Of a DNA stretch of 64,000 bases, positions 1 through 10,010 are shown one piece after another (within the stretch, counting starts at the first letter, position 1; every line of letters begins with the position of its first letter). This stretch comes from SAR324 cluster bacterium REDSEA-S27_B3 (lineage in GTDB: Bacteria > SAR324 > NAC60-12), in the NCBI GenBank assembly GCA_001627865.1, contig LUQO01000065.1, forward strand, positions 13,134 to 77,133. The letters are read 5' to 3'. The position numbers were made by a program, and so were the translations under genes. Below the pieces are notes generated by a model. It had not been told where the DNA came from, did no database searches, and saw only the letters and a list, made by a program, of their open reading frames with translations.

Positions 1-99
1 AATAAGCCCCTTTCTTTCCCTCAGTTCCTGACCGAGCATCCGCAGCGGTTCTATTAATGGAAGGGAATAACTGAAAAGTTCCCAGCGGAAGGAATCCAT
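1..99 (-). CDS. o-succinylbenzoate synthase-like N-terminus (partial, runs off the window)
   Basis: Minus-strand ATG at 99-97, 2 nt after the menA stop. It reads MDSFRWELFSYSLPLIEPLRMLGQELRERKGLI, resembling the start of MenC-type enolase-superfamily enzymes. The position after menB-menA fits. Only 33 codons are visible. Confidence 0.35.
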   Translation of the reverse strand, partial: MDSFRWELFSYSLPLIEPLRMLGQELRERKGLI

Positions 100-101
100 T
101 T

Positions 102-992
102 TTAACCGATCCACCAGCCCAGCGAAAAAAGGATGCTGTACAAGATCATCATTTTACCTGTGGTACTTAAAGTCTGATTCAGCTCCCTGCCTTCAGCTCC
201 GGACAGGATTTGACGAATTGCTGAAAAGCCCGGAATTAAAATCAGTGCCACTATGGTTGCGTACCAATGCGAGTTCGACCAGACTGCCAGAATGATGGGA
301 AGCATCACTGCAAATGCAATGACCACCAGATATTCAGCGCGAACAAAAGCAGGGCCAAAACGCACTGCTAATGTCTTTTTACCAACTTTCCTGTCGGTAG
401 GTTCGTCACGTAAATTATTGACTGCAAGCAGGGATGTTGCTAACAATCCCGGACCAAATCCGGCAACAATCACAACGCTCGGAACCTCTAATGCCTGAAC
501 ATAATAAGTGCCGGCAACAGCAACCGGGCCAAAAAATATCAGCACAAATAAATCTCCCAGTCCCAGATAACCAAGCGGCCATGGACCGGCTGTGTAAAGT
601 ATGCCGGAAGCAATGGAAAGCAGCCCGATTATTACAATCGGCCATCCTCCACGATAAACCAAATATGATCCCACTATAGCTGCCAGTCCGAATATCATCA
701 TAAAATTATGAAGCATCGTTTTCGGTTCAACATAACCTGCTTGTGTCACCCGAACTGGGCCCAGACGTTCTTCATTATCCGCGCCCTTGATATAATCAAA
801 ATAGTCGTTAGAAAAATTTGTTCCGATTTGAATCAACAGCGCACCAGCGAGCGCTGCCAAAGCTGCTCCAACGTGTCCATTTCCCCCGTTGTAAGCCATG
901 GTGGTACCGATTAGAATTGGGGCAAAAGCCGCAGCCAAAGTTTTGGGACGTGCTGCCAGAATCCAGACCCGAAGTTTTTGTCTGGAGATCAT
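102..992 (-). CDS. menA: 1,4-dihydroxy-2-naphthoate polyprenyltransferase (UbiA family)
   Basis: 296-aa multi-TM ORF with the UbiA Asp-rich motif ([14 protein letters not shown]). Its start overlaps the menB stop (ATGA at 989-992). Confidence 0.9.
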   Translation of the reverse strand: MISRQKLRVWILAARPKTLAAAFAPILIGTTMAYNGGNGHVGAALAALAGALLIQIGTNFSNDYFDYIKGADNEERLGPVRVTQAGYVEPKTMLHNFMMIFGLAAIVGSYLVYRGGWPIVIIGLLSIASGILYTAGPWPLGYLGLGDLFVLIFFGPVAVAGTYYVQALEVPSVVIVAGFGPGLLATSLLAVNNLRDEPTDRKVGKKTLAVRFGPAFVRAEYLVVIAFAVMLPIILAVWSNSHWYATIVALILIPGFSAIRQILSGAEGRELNQTLSTTGKMMILYSILFSLGWWIG

Positions 993-1816
993 GGCTGGCG
1001 GGTAAATTTACTAAAATCAGGTTTGCGCTTTTCCAGGTACGCGTTACGTCCTTCCTGTCCTTCCTCTGACATATAAAAAAGCATTGTAGCGTTACCTGCC
1101 AGTTCCTGTAATCCAGCCTGTCCGTCACAATCAGCGTTCATAGCAGATTTCAAACAGCGCAGTGCCATTGGTGAATTCTTCAGCATCTCCCTGCACCACT
1201 GCACTGTCTCCTGCTCCAGATTTTCCAGGGGTACCACTGTATTTACCAGTCCCATCTGTAGTGCCTGCTGGGCATTGTATTGACGGCAGAGGAACCAGAT
1301 TTCCCGCGCCTTTTTCTGGCCAACTATTCTTGCCAGATAGGAAGATCCGTAACCGCCGTCAAATGAACCTACTTTGGGGCCGGTCTGTCCAAAAATTGCG
1401 TTATCTGCCGCGATCGTCAGATCACACATCACATGCAAAACGTGTCCGCCGCCAATGGCATAACCTGCCACCATGGCTACAACAGGCTTAGGACATGATC
1501 TGATTCCCCGTTGAAAATCTAAAACATTGAGTCGTAAATGACCTGTTTCATTATCCTTGTATCCGGCATCTCCCCGCACACGCTGATCACCTCCGGAACA
1601 GAAGGCTTTCTCACCTTCTCCTGTTAGTATTATTACACCTGTTTTAGTGTCCTCACGTGCATCTTCCAAGGCGCTGTGCATTTCACGTACTGTTAATGGA
1701 CGGAAGGCGTTTCTTACTTCAGGTCGGTTGATGGTGATTTTCGCGATTCCTTCTTTAGACTTTTGAAATTTGATGTCAGTGTAGTTCCCACACGATTCCC
1801 AGTAATTTTCACTCAT
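989..1816 (-). CDS. menB: 1,4-dihydroxy-2-naphthoyl-CoA synthase
   Basis: 275-aa crotonase-fold protein. [22 protein letters not shown] and [13 protein letters not shown] are characteristic of MenB. Translationally coupled to menA. Confidence 0.93.
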   Translation of the reverse strand: MSENYWESCGNYTDIKFQKSKEGIAKITINRPEVRNAFRPLTVREMHSALEDAREDTKTGVIILTGEGEKAFCSGGDQRVRGDAGYKDNETGHLRLNVLDFQRGIRSCPKPVVAMVAGYAIGGGHVLHVMCDLTIAADNAIFGQTGPKVGSFDGGYGSSYLARIVGQKKAREIWFLCRQYNAQQALQMGLVNTVVPLENLEQETVQWCREMLKNSPMALRCLKSAMNADCDGQAGLQELAGNATMLFYMSEEGQEGRNAYLEKRKPDFSKFTRQP

Positions 1817-2008
1817 TCTACTCCATTCTTGAAATAATTGGTTATTCTGAAATTAAATTTTCATCCTACCACACGTCCAGCCTCAAGACGATAAAAAATC
1901 TGTAAAGGACTATTTACAGTCTGTTTTTATGAAAAAACTTGCTTTGGTGCATAAAATAATGTGATAATTCACAGTTAATAAAAATTCAGAAAAATTATAA
2001 ATCAGATT

Positions 2009-2473
2009 ATGTTTGCAATTATACGCGCGGATGGCAGGCAGTACCGTGTTGCACAGGGAGACATCATTCGTTTTAATCGGATGAGTGCTGAGCCTGGAGA
2101 CGCATTTGAATCAAATCAGGTGCTTGCCCTGGCAGAAGAGGACAACAAACTTAAAATCGGCAGTCCAATTATTGATGGAGCAAAAGTTGAGGGCACAGTT
2201 CTTCAACATGGAAGGGATAAAAAAATAGTCGTTTTTAAACGTAAACGCAGAAAAACGTACCGTAGAAAGTATGGTCATCGACAGGACCACACTTTGGTAA
2301 AAATAGAAAAAATCAGTGCCAAAGCTCCGGCGGCAAAGAAGGCTGCGCAAAAAAAATCGTCCTCAGAATCATCTGTGGCTGAAAAAACCGCAACCAAAAA
2401 AACCGCAGTAAAAAAGACTACTGCTGGGAATGCTGTTGTAAAGAATACCGAAGAAGATAAACCTACTTCATAA
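2009..2473 (+). CDS. rplU: 50S ribosomal protein L21 with a Lys/Ala/Thr-rich C-terminal extension
   Basis: [20 protein letters not shown]... is a typical L21 core of about 100 aa. About 50 extra C-terminal residues follow ([13 protein letters not shown]...[12 protein letters not shown]). Confidence 0.9.
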   Translation: MFAIIRADGRQYRVAQGDIIRFNRMSAEPGDAFESNQVLALAEEDNKLKIGSPIIDGAKVEGTVLQHGRDKKIVVFKRKRRKTYRRKYGHRQDHTLVKIEKISAKAPAAKKAAQKKSSSESSVAEKTATKKTAVKKTTAGNAVVKNTEEDKPTS

Positions 2474-2480
2474 ATATATC

Positions 2481-2768
2481 ATGGCACATAAAAAAGCAGG
2501 TGGAAGCAGCCGCAACGGCCGGGATTCTCAGGGGCAGAGACGAGGTGTAAAAAAGTTTGGCGGAGAACTGGTTAAAGCAGGGAACATACTGGTTCGTCAA
2601 GTCGGCTCGACATTCCACGCAGGAACAAACGTGGGTACAGGAAAAGATTTTACGTTGTTTTCCAAGGTTTCAGGTCAGGTACAGTTTAGTCAAAAGGGAA
2701 ACGGGAAACATAAACGAAAATATATCAGTGTAGTTCCACAAGAAGAAGCTGTTTCCGCTTCTGTGTGA
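2481..2768 (+). CDS. rpmA: 50S ribosomal protein L27
   Basis: [28 protein letters not shown]... is the canonical L27 N-terminus. Lies 7 nt after rplU. Confidence 0.95.
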   Translation: MAHKKAGGSSRNGRDSQGQRRGVKKFGGELVKAGNILVRQVGSTFHAGTNVGTGKDFTLFSKVSGQVQFSQKGNGKHKRKYISVVPQEEAVSASV

Positions 2769-2771
2769 TAT

Positions 2772-3743
2772 ATGGGTGCAAAACCCCGTTCGCTTTCCGG
2801 CATAAAGCCTACCGGCACTCCCCATTTAGGAAACTATCTGGGAATGATAAAACCGGCGATACTCATGCAGGAAACGCACGAGACGTTTTATTTTATCGCT
2901 GATTATCACGCCCTCACCTCCTTACGGGATTCCGAACAACTCAAGGAGAACGCCTACGATCTCACTGCCATTTTTGCCGCAATAGGAATGGACTTTGAGA
3001 ATCATGCCTTTTTTCGTCAATCAGATATTCCGGAAGTTACAGAGCTGACCTGGATTCTTTCATGCATCACCCCAAAGGGTTTGATGGAAAGGTCGCACGC
3101 GTTTAAGGACGCGCTTTCCAAGGAACAGGAAGTCAATATGGGATTATTCAGTTATCCTATTCTGATGGCTTGCGACATCCTGATTTATGACTCAAACTAT
3201 GTGCCTGTAGGACAGGATCAGCGTCAGCATCTTGAAATCACTCGTGACCTTGCCGTTCGTTTTAATCTTCTTTTTGGCGAAGCATTTGTTGTTCCGGAAG
3301 CAATAATACAAAAGGATGTGGCAACAATTCCGGGGCTTGACGGACGTAAGATGAGCAAATCCTATGGAAATGTGGTTCCTTTGCTTGCACCTGAAAAACA
3401 GTTTCGCAAAGCTATCATGAAAATCACTACTGATTCAAAAACCGTAGAAGATTCCAAGGATCCTGAAACATGCAACGTTTTTGCTCTTTATAAGTGTTTC
3501 TCAAATAAAGCAGATCAAGATGCATTGGCTGAGCGCTATCGCGCGGGAGGAATGGGATACGGAGAGGCAAAACAGCTTTGCTTCGAAGCACTTAACTCCG
3601 AGCTCAAGGAACCAAGGGAAATATACCAGAATATAAGGCAGGACCGGCCGAAATTGGACGGTATCCTCGAATCAGGACGTGACAAGGCACGCGCGATTGC
3701 CCGTCAGGTTACTGACAGAGTCCGTGAAAAAGTAGGACTTTGA
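2772..3743 (+). CDS. trpS: tryptophanyl-tRNA synthetase
   Basis: Class I aaRS motifs: TGTPHLGNY (HIGH-like) and KMSKS. 323 aa. Starts 3 nt after the rpmA stop. Confidence 0.93.
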   Translation: MGAKPRSLSGIKPTGTPHLGNYLGMIKPAILMQETHETFYFIADYHALTSLRDSEQLKENAYDLTAIFAAIGMDFENHAFFRQSDIPEVTELTWILSCITPKGLMERSHAFKDALSKEQEVNMGLFSYPILMACDILIYDSNYVPVGQDQRQHLEITRDLAVRFNLLFGEAFVVPEAIIQKDVATIPGLDGRKMSKSYGNVVPLLAPEKQFRKAIMKITTDSKTVEDSKDPETCNVFALYKCFSNKADQDALAERYRAGGMGYGEAKQLCFEALNSELKEPREIYQNIRQDRPKLDGILESGRDKARAIARQVTDRVREKVGL

Positions 3744-3828
3744 TAAAAAAGAGACTGATTAAAATCAGTAAAAAATCTGCCTGAATCAATAATTCTTTAA
3801 CTTCCAATCCTATTCAACTGCTTACCTC

Positions 3829-5247
3829 ATGATTCCCGATATTCTTGCTTCACGTTACGCCGGTGCCGAAATTTCCGCAATCTGGTCTCCAGAGGGAAAA
3901 GTCCGCCTGGAACGTGAATTCTGGATTGCTGTGATGAAGTCGCAGCGAAAAATGGGTGTTGATATTCCAAAATCTGTAATTGCCGCGTATGAAAAAGTCC
4001 AGGATCGAATAGACCTTGAAAGTATTTCACGCTGTGAAAGAAAACTGCGCCATGATGTAAAGGCAAGGATTGAAGAATTTTGTGAATTGGCTGGGCACCA
4101 GCACATTCACAAAGGCATGACCAGCCGGGATTTAACTGATAACGTGGAACAGCTGCAAATTTGTCGTTCTCTCAGGATAATACGCCTCAAGGCAGTTGCT
4201 GTATTGCATCAGCTGGCTTCCTGGAGTTTACGCACCAAAAACATTATGCTTGTCGCACGCACCCACAATGTTCCGGCACAGCCCACAACTTTGGGCAAAA
4301 GACTTGCCATGTTCGGAGAGGAAATCATGTTTGCTCTTTGGCGCCTTGATGACTTGATTGAGAATTATCCGATGCGTGGAATTCAAGGGGCGGTAGGTAC
4401 AAGGCTTGATCAATTGGAGCTGATGGACGGTGACAAAAAGAAGGTGCGCGAACTCAGCGAACAGGTGCTGGGATATTTCGACTGCAACTCAGTGATGAAC
4501 GCGGTTGGACAAGTATATCCCAGAAGTCTTGATATGGAAACTGTTCAGGGTCTGATCGCGCTCAGTTCCGGAATTTCAAGTTTTGCCAGAACTCTGCGTT
4601 TGATGGCCGGACAGGAGTTAGCAACAGAAGGATTTCAGCAAGGTCAGATCGGTTCATCAGCCATGCCGCATAAAATGAACGCACGCACATCCGAACGTGT
4701 CTGTGGATTTCACCAAATCCTTATCGGTTATGGTTCAATGCTTTCCGGGATAAGCGGAGACCAGTGGAATGAGGGAGATGTGTCATGTTCAGTTGTACGC
4801 CGCGTGGCTCTTCCTGGAGCGTTTTTTGCCGCTGATGGCCAACTGGAATCAATACTGACAGTGTTAAAGGAAATGGGGTTTTATGAAGCCAGAATCGCTG
4901 AGGAACTAAAACAGCATCAACCGTTTCTGGCATCGACCGCCTTGCTGATGGAAGCAGTGCTTAAAGGCGGTGGCAGGGAAAGTATGCATGAGCTAATAAA
5001 AGAACATGCCCTCGCAGTTTCAGAGAATCTTCGTAAAAGTGGTCACAGTGAAAATGATTTTGCGCAACGTCTTGCAGAAGATGAAAGGATTCCTCTGGAA
5101 CTGAATGAAATTGAGGCTGTACTTAATGATCATGAACGCTTTGCCGCGTCTGCTCCGGAACAGGCAGAAACATTTGCAAAGTCGGTTGAAAAGTGGACAA
5201 ATCGATTTCCGGAAGCAAAGAATATTGTGCCGGAAGAATTGCTTTAG
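3829..5247 (+). CDS. purB: adenylosuccinate lyase
   Basis: 472 aa with the fumarate-lyase signature GSSAMPHKMNA. The N-terminus LASRYAGAEISAIWSPE is typical of PurB. Confidence 0.9.
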   Translation: MIPDILASRYAGAEISAIWSPEGKVRLEREFWIAVMKSQRKMGVDIPKSVIAAYEKVQDRIDLESISRCERKLRHDVKARIEEFCELAGHQHIHKGMTSRDLTDNVEQLQICRSLRIIRLKAVAVLHQLASWSLRTKNIMLVARTHNVPAQPTTLGKRLAMFGEEIMFALWRLDDLIENYPMRGIQGAVGTRLDQLELMDGDKKKVRELSEQVLGYFDCNSVMNAVGQVYPRSLDMETVQGLIALSSGISSFARTLRLMAGQELATEGFQQGQIGSSAMPHKMNARTSERVCGFHQILIGYGSMLSGISGDQWNEGDVSCSVVRRVALPGAFFAADGQLESILTVLKEMGFYEARIAEELKQHQPFLASTALLMEAVLKGGGRESMHELIKEHALAVSENLRKSGHSENDFAQRLAEDERIPLELNEIEAVLNDHERFAASAPEQAETFAKSVEKWTNRFPEAKNIVPEELL

Positions 5248-5253
5248 GTTGGT

Positions 5254-5277
5254 AAGGAGACGATTTACCGTCTCCTT
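5254..5277. terminator. Bidirectional stem-loop between convergent purB and the 5293-6246 ORF
   Basis: AAGGAGACG-atttac-CGTCTCCTT, a perfect 9-bp stem with a 6-nt loop, 7 nt after the purB stop. Flanked by T/A-rich sequence. Confidence 0.6.
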
Positions 5278-5292
5278 ATATATAAGGTCTTA

Positions 5293-6246
5293 TTACTCAG
5301 CAGACTGATATTTCTTTAATGCAGCCGATTTGAGTTTTGCCAGACGCAGTCTTGAATAGACTTCAATGATGAATGGGCGGAGCTCATTAATATCCTCATC
5401 ATCCGCATTTTCCTCAAAGAAATGATGATATTTATCCAGGGCGGGAACTAACAGCCCGCTGTCTTTCAGCAGTCCCGCGTAAAGGAAGCCGCTTTCATCT
5501 AATTTTTGTATCTCATCTTTTTGTTTGTTGAACTTTGCCAGCTTTTTGCCGGACAGAACTTTCAGGTTTGCCGCTTCAGAGGTGAAAGCTACTGCTCCAC
5601 CGCCATCGAGCACTTCAACAAAATATTTTTGTTTTTTGCTGATTGGCTTTATTTTTGTGCGTACAATTTCCTCTGATGTTGCAGTAACTTCGTAAACAGC
5701 AGAATCTGTCCATTCTTTTGTTTTTCTATCCTTGGTACCAATATGCAGCCGATAACCATATTCCGCCCCTGCTGTTTCCCAGGCCAGTTCAGAAAATTCT
5801 TTTGATACAGTATTTGTGGCCAGTTTAAGTTCTATCCCTTCTTTTTTGGCTGCACGTCTGACTGTCGTATATTTCTGAGTCTTTTTGAACTGTTTAGACA
5901 ATCCGGCCAACAAACCGCCGCCGGCATCAGTTTCACCCAGGTTTCCTTCCAGAACTTCCAGTCCCTCTTTAGTAAATTTGATTTTTGATTTGGCTGTGAG
6001 CAAAGTTGTTTCGTTTGTGTCTTGATTCAGAAATTTAACCGAACTGTCTGAATCTACCCTTACAAGATAATTGGCATAGACGAATTTATTTCGACGTACT
6101 TTTTTCCAGCGTTTACCTTTTTTGCTGTATTCGATTTTCCCTTGTATTTCAACCAGCATTCCGAGCGGAATTTTTTTTGCCAAAGCCGGATGCAGCACAA
6201 AGGCTGAAATGAAAAGTACTGTAATTATGAGCTTAATGATACGCAT
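5293..6246 (-). CDS. hypothetical secreted protein
   Basis: 317-aa ORF with an N-terminal signal-like segment ([23 protein letters not shown]). The N-terminal region loosely resembles a FecR-type beta domain. No confident family. Confidence 0.6.
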   Translation of the reverse strand: MRIIKLIITVLFISAFVLHPALAKKIPLGMLVEIQGKIEYSKKGKRWKKVRRNKFVYANYLVRVDSDSSVKFLNQDTNETTLLTAKSKIKFTKEGLEVLEGNLGETDAGGGLLAGLSKQFKKTQKYTTVRRAAKKEGIELKLATNTVSKEFSELAWETAGAEYGYRLHIGTKDRKTKEWTDSAVYEVTATSEEIVRTKIKPISKKQKYFVEVLDGGGAVAFTSEAANLKVLSGKKLAKFNKQKDEIQKLDESGFLYAGLLKDSGLLVPALDKYHHFFEENADDEDINELRPFIIEVYSRLRLAKLKSAALKKYQSAE

Positions 6247-6485
6247 AGAACCTCCTGCAATTAAGGTTATATAAAGTTTGTTTGTATGTGCTTGCTTTCA
6301 TGAATTGAGGTTAACACATCTGTATTGATTATACAACATCAAATGCAAAAAAATATGCTTGAATCAAACAAGCTGAAAATTCATCTTTTTATAAGTGACT
6401 CTAGACTTGGTATTTTGATTCTTGGTTCCTATTTCACGAAATGAATAGGCATTAGCTTTACAAAACCAGAAACATCTTTTATAAT

Positions 6486-6501
6486 CTGTACATATGTACA
6501 G
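6486..6501. promoter_or_regulatory. Perfect 16-bp palindrome CTGTACATATGTACAG (LexA-box-like or TA operator)
   Basis: Read directly from the sequence. Self-complementary with CTGT-N8-ACAG architecture. Ends 15 nt before the PIN ATG at 6517. Confidence 0.45.
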
Positions 6502-6516
6502 TAGGATTGCTTAAAA

Positions 6517-6915
6517 ATGTATGTCACAATAGATACCTCAGCATTGATTGCTGTAATAGGCAATGAAGAGTCAAAACAAGATATTATAGATTTAACAGAA
6601 GGTTGTTCTCTTTATGCTCCCATGTCTGTTCATTGGGAAATTGGTAATGCTTTTTCAGCAATGTTTAAAAGGAAAAGTTATAGTATCAAACTTGCAATAC
6701 AGGCTCTACAATCTTACCGTGAAATACCGATCAAATTTATTGATGTTTCGCTTGAGAATACACTGATAATATCCCATTCATTAAATATCTATGCCTATGA
6801 CGCATATATTATTCAATGTGCACAGCAAACATCTACATCATTGCTTACATTAGATTCTGGACTGAAGGATGCGGCAAAAAAAATTGGTATTCACATATTG
6901 GAGAAAATACAATGA
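6517..6915 (+). CDS. PIN-domain ribonuclease toxin (VapC-like)
   Basis: 132 aa. PIN acidic positions are visible in IDTSALIA, HWEIGNA, YAYDAYIIQ and LLTLDSGL. Confidence 0.8.
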   Translation: MYVTIDTSALIAVIGNEESKQDIIDLTEGCSLYAPMSVHWEIGNAFSAMFKRKSYSIKLAIQALQSYREIPIKFIDVSLENTLIISHSLNIYAYDAYIIQCAQQTSTSLLTLDSGLKDAAKKIGIHILEKIQ

Positions 6916-7139
6916 AAGAATATAGTTTTACAGAAGCTCGCCAACAATTTGCGTCAGTTTTAGAAGAGGCAAAAAAAGATGGTGTTATTTGTATAAGAAA
7001 AAGAGATGGTGAATCATTCTATCTTAAACCGGCGACACCAAAAAAATCACCTCTCGATATTCAAGGAGTAGATATTGGAATAACATCAACGGAAATTGTA
7101 GATATTATTCGATCAGGTAGAGAAAGGAATTACAGCTAA
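6912..7139 (+). CDS. Phd/YefM-like antitoxin
   Basis: The internal ATG at 6912 overlaps the PIN stop (ATGA). MKEYSFTEARQQFASVLEEAKKDGVICIRKRDGESFYL matches the Phd/YefM N-terminal pattern. The longer 6816 start overlaps PIN and is unlikely. Confidence 0.7.
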   Translation: MKEYSFTEARQQFASVLEEAKKDGVICIRKRDGESFYLKPATPKKSPLDIQGVDIGITSTEIVDIIRSGRERNYS

Positions 7140-7250
7140 AAAAAGAATGATTTTAACAGTCACGTACTACTCCGACAACAATATGCAATATGATTTCATA
7201 ACTTAAACAGATTATTGATAGTCAGTTTTACTGAGCCTTCATGCCTCTAT

Positions 7251-8066
7251 TCAATTTGTTGAAATAATTTCAACAGGCATTCCAACCTCCAGTTTGCCTA
7301 AAGCACGAGGGATCAGATTCTGACCAAACATAACTTCTCCGTTAAGTTGTCTGTATGTTGCCAATGTTTTCAAAGGTTCTTTTCCGGAAAATGTTCCGGT
7401 TTCCGGGTCAACAGTTGTGAGGACACAGCGCGAACAGGGTTTTACGACTTCTAATTCACAATCACCTATTCTGATTGCTTTCCAGCAGTCCTCTTGAAAT
7501 GGCTCGATATTGTTGACAACAAGATTAGGGCGAAAACGTTTCATCGAAATTTTTTCAGGCAGTCTGCTGTTCAGGTCGTTTAAAGAAGCTTCTGAAATCA
7601 GCAGTAAGGGGAAACCATCTGAAAATGCTATCTGATTTTCTCCAATAGCATAGTCCGGATCAACCGGACGATTGCTGGAAGCCGGCATAAATACAAAATT
7701 ACAGTTTTTACCCAAATATTCACTGATCCAGCCTGCTGACTGTTTATCTGCAGCCCAGGCCTCGCAGCGGTCTCCCCAGACTTCCACTTCTTGCGGCAAT
7801 CCTACTTTTGGAAACAATGGCAGGCTTAATTCAGACATTCCGGGAGCATTCAGGCTAAGTGTTTGATCCTCAATTTCTATTTTTAACAAAGCCATTGTCG
7901 GACTGGTTCGCTGTGTCATAAATGTTCCTGATTCATCAACCACCATCCAGCGCCTGTCATAAGCCAGTCCTCTTTGTTCCAGCTTTGAATAATCCAATGA
8001 AATTTGACTGGCTGATTTTACAGGATATACAAAGATTCCGCTAATTGAAGGTTGAGCCATTCTCAT
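7251..8066 (-). CDS. MOSC domain-containing protein (YcbX-like)
   Basis: 271 aa. N-terminal beta-barrel pattern (IFVYPVKSASQISL...RGLAYDRRWMVVDE) and a C-terminal MOSC region with the conserved Cys (VKPCSRCVLTTVDPETG). Confidence 0.85.
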   Translation of the reverse strand: MRMAQPSISGIFVYPVKSASQISLDYSKLEQRGLAYDRRWMVVDESGTFMTQRTSPTMALLKIEIEDQTLSLNAPGMSELSLPLFPKVGLPQEVEVWGDRCEAWAADKQSAGWISEYLGKNCNFVFMPASSNRPVDPDYAIGENQIAFSDGFPLLLISEASLNDLNSRLPEKISMKRFRPNLVVNNIEPFQEDCWKAIRIGDCELEVVKPCSRCVLTTVDPETGTFSGKEPLKTLATYRQLNGEVMFGQNLIPRALGKLEVGMPVEIISTN

Positions 8067-8157
8067 TCATGCATGCATTTTTTTTTAAATACATTATCAC
8101 TTTTCCTTGTACATACCAAAACCATTGTTAACTCCAGGAACATTTAAACAAAATTTA

Positions 8158-8847
8158 TTAAATGCTTAAAAGATATCTTTGAGGAAAAACCAGATGAAAA
8201 TCTCCCGAACATTCTCTGTTGTCCAGATGGAAGGGAATAACAACATACTCTTCATCACGATCGGAATCATTCAGAAAAACAAGTTGGAGAATATGACGAC
8301 AGCGGGCGACTTTCAATTTTTCATTCTTTGGCCAGAGTTCAATCAAGCTGGAGAAAATATTGCGCAGCAATTCTCCAATTTCAAGATATATCAATGAATC
8401 TGCTTCACGAAGCCCTTTAAAAATATTGCTGTAATCACGTGATTTTCTGCGTTGGAGCAATGAGGCAAGTCCTTCTCCAACTGAACGGCTTAAATGAAGT
8501 ATCCAAACTGATTTGGAATGTTTCATCTCAAACATTGAGTAATAAGAACGTCCTGGAGACCAACTATGTAAATTGGCACAAGAAAGGCATTGTTCAGGAT
8601 TAGTTGTGATTCGGAATGCTCCCGGAAGTATGGACTGCAATTGTGCGGTCAGTGTATTTATCAGTCTTTGGGACAGAAGATTATCTATGGATTCGATTTC
8701 TTGTCCAATTTGTTTTGAAAATCCGGCGCCAAGAAAACTTTCTGACCCATGTGTTTTTTTAGTTCCCGGATCGCCAAAAGTCTCCCGGATCATATTTTGA
8801 TAAATCTCTTCTGAATCAAATTCTTTGTCAGAATCTTGTAATTGCAT
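8158..8847 (-). CDS. hypothetical protein
   Basis: 229-aa ORF with no signal peptide. Only a faint resemblance to the FliM/CheC-type middle domain, not enough to call. Confidence 0.5.
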   Translation of the reverse strand: MQLQDSDKEFDSEEIYQNMIRETFGDPGTKKTHGSESFLGAGFSKQIGQEIESIDNLLSQRLINTLTAQLQSILPGAFRITTNPEQCLSCANLHSWSPGRSYYSMFEMKHSKSVWILHLSRSVGEGLASLLQRRKSRDYSNIFKGLREADSLIYLEIGELLRNIFSSLIELWPKNEKLKVARCRHILQLVFLNDSDRDEEYVVIPFHLDNRECSGDFHLVFPQRYLLSI

Positions 8848-9016
8848 TTTTTCTGTAACTTTGTTTGCTAATTAAGAATTCAGGCAGACTTCTTTTCCAG
8901 AAATCGGAAGCAAAATATTTGGCAGATTTTTTAGAGAGTATCACATTTATTATGCTATGTGAACTTATCAATTATAAGATTGCATCTCCAGTTAATGTTT
9001 GAGAGGATCAGATAGG

Positions 9017-9922
9017 ATGTTGAAAGCTGGATTAAACAGCAGCTTTTACCAAAAAAATGCTGTTACTGAGTACTTCACCAAAGCTTTAATAATCTTTGTG
9101 AAGTCACAGAAATTCATCATGCAATGTGTGTTTTGTGTTTCATTCATGCTTTTTCCCACGGATGAGCTGAAATCAAAACAGCAGGAAAACATAATTCAAA
9201 ATTATGTGAGAAGTGGAACAACTTTAAAGGCACGGAAAAGAAAAGCTTATATGAACGCCCAGAAAGTAAGTGGGCGTAAGATAAAACGTTATCTGATAAG
9301 CAAATCTGTTTTGCAAAGCAGAAAAGGCCGAGCAAATGCTGCAACACGAAAAATGGTTGAATCAGGTCCGGTTACTTTAGAGTTGGTAAAAAAAAACCGC
9401 TGGTTTGTTAAAAAACCATTTCAGACTTCATACACTAAACTTCCGGATATCAAACAATATGTTCCTCCAAAGCCGGATCTTGAGAAATCCAAAAAAATCA
9501 GCCGCAGCGCATTGACAATGACCAAAAACAGAGCACGAATTACCGGACCGGTAAAACCTGATTCCCTCTACTCATCCAATGACAGCCGCGGTGTACTGAA
9601 AATGACCAAAACCAGAGCTCGTGCTGCAGGCCCGGTTAAGCCCGGAATCGTTTATGCAGAAGATGTAAGTCGTGGCGCGATGAAGATTTCTAAAAACCGT
9701 GCAGTAATTACAGGTCCTGTAAAGCCGAAAATACTCTACTCTGACCAAGTCAGCCGCGATGCGAAGAAAATTTCATTAAAAACTTCCAGGGATTTTACAA
9801 CTGCCAGAAGAGAAATGTCCTACAATTCTGATATGCTGAAGAGTATAGCTAAAAGACCGGAGGTTGATTACAAACCAATTAATGTAAAAACAGCAAGTGA
9901 GAAGAAAGACACTGAAAATTAA
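9017..9922 (+). CDS. hypothetical Lys/Arg-rich protein with four 28-aa tandem repeats
   Basis: Long ORF with an uncertain start (TTG 8999, ATG 9017, ATG 9251). Repeats begin at 9500, 9584, 9668 and 9752: SRSALTMTKNRARITGPVKP..., SRGVLKMTKTRARAAGPVKP..., SRGAMKISKNRAVITGPVKP..., SRDAKKISLKTSRD... Confidence 0.5.
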   Translation: MLKAGLNSSFYQKNAVTEYFTKALIIFVKSQKFIMQCVFCVSFMLFPTDELKSKQQENIIQNYVRSGTTLKARKRKAYMNAQKVSGRKIKRYLISKSVLQSRKGRANAATRKMVESGPVTLELVKKNRWFVKKPFQTSYTKLPDIKQYVPPKPDLEKSKKISRSALTMTKNRARITGPVKPDSLYSSNDSRGVLKMTKTRARAAGPVKPGIVYAEDVSRGAMKISKNRAVITGPVKPKILYSDQVSRDAKKISLKTSRDFTTARREMSYNSDMLKSIAKRPEVDYKPINVKTASEKKDTEN

Positions 9923-10010
9923 TGATACAAACAATTCATCCTCTAGAGACTTTCCAAAACAATCCCCTCAGTATGTAAGCAGCAAATAACAAACTTACAG
10001 AGATACAGCT

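Noticed and set aside
3751-3775. ACTGAT-taaa-ATCAGT hairpin after trpS as a terminator
   Set aside because: The stem is only 6-7 AT-rich bp and is followed by an A-run rather than a U-tract on the coding strand. Too weak to call.
6816-6911. The longer version of the antitoxin ORF starting at 6816
   Set aside because: It would overlap the PIN gene by 100 nt in another frame. The ATG at 6912 gives the canonical ATGA coupling and the Phd-like N-terminus.
8067-8090. ATGCATGCAT palindrome plus T9 run next to the MOSC gene start as a terminator
   Set aside because: The orientation is wrong for the minus-strand genes that flank it and no plus-strand gene ends there. It is probably just promoter-region AT-rich sequence.
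9388-9396. A9 homopolymer inside the repeat-protein ORF as a phase-variation switch
   Set aside because: A-runs of 7-9 nt are common throughout this AT-leaning sequence, including in rplU. There is no evidence of length variation from a single sequence.
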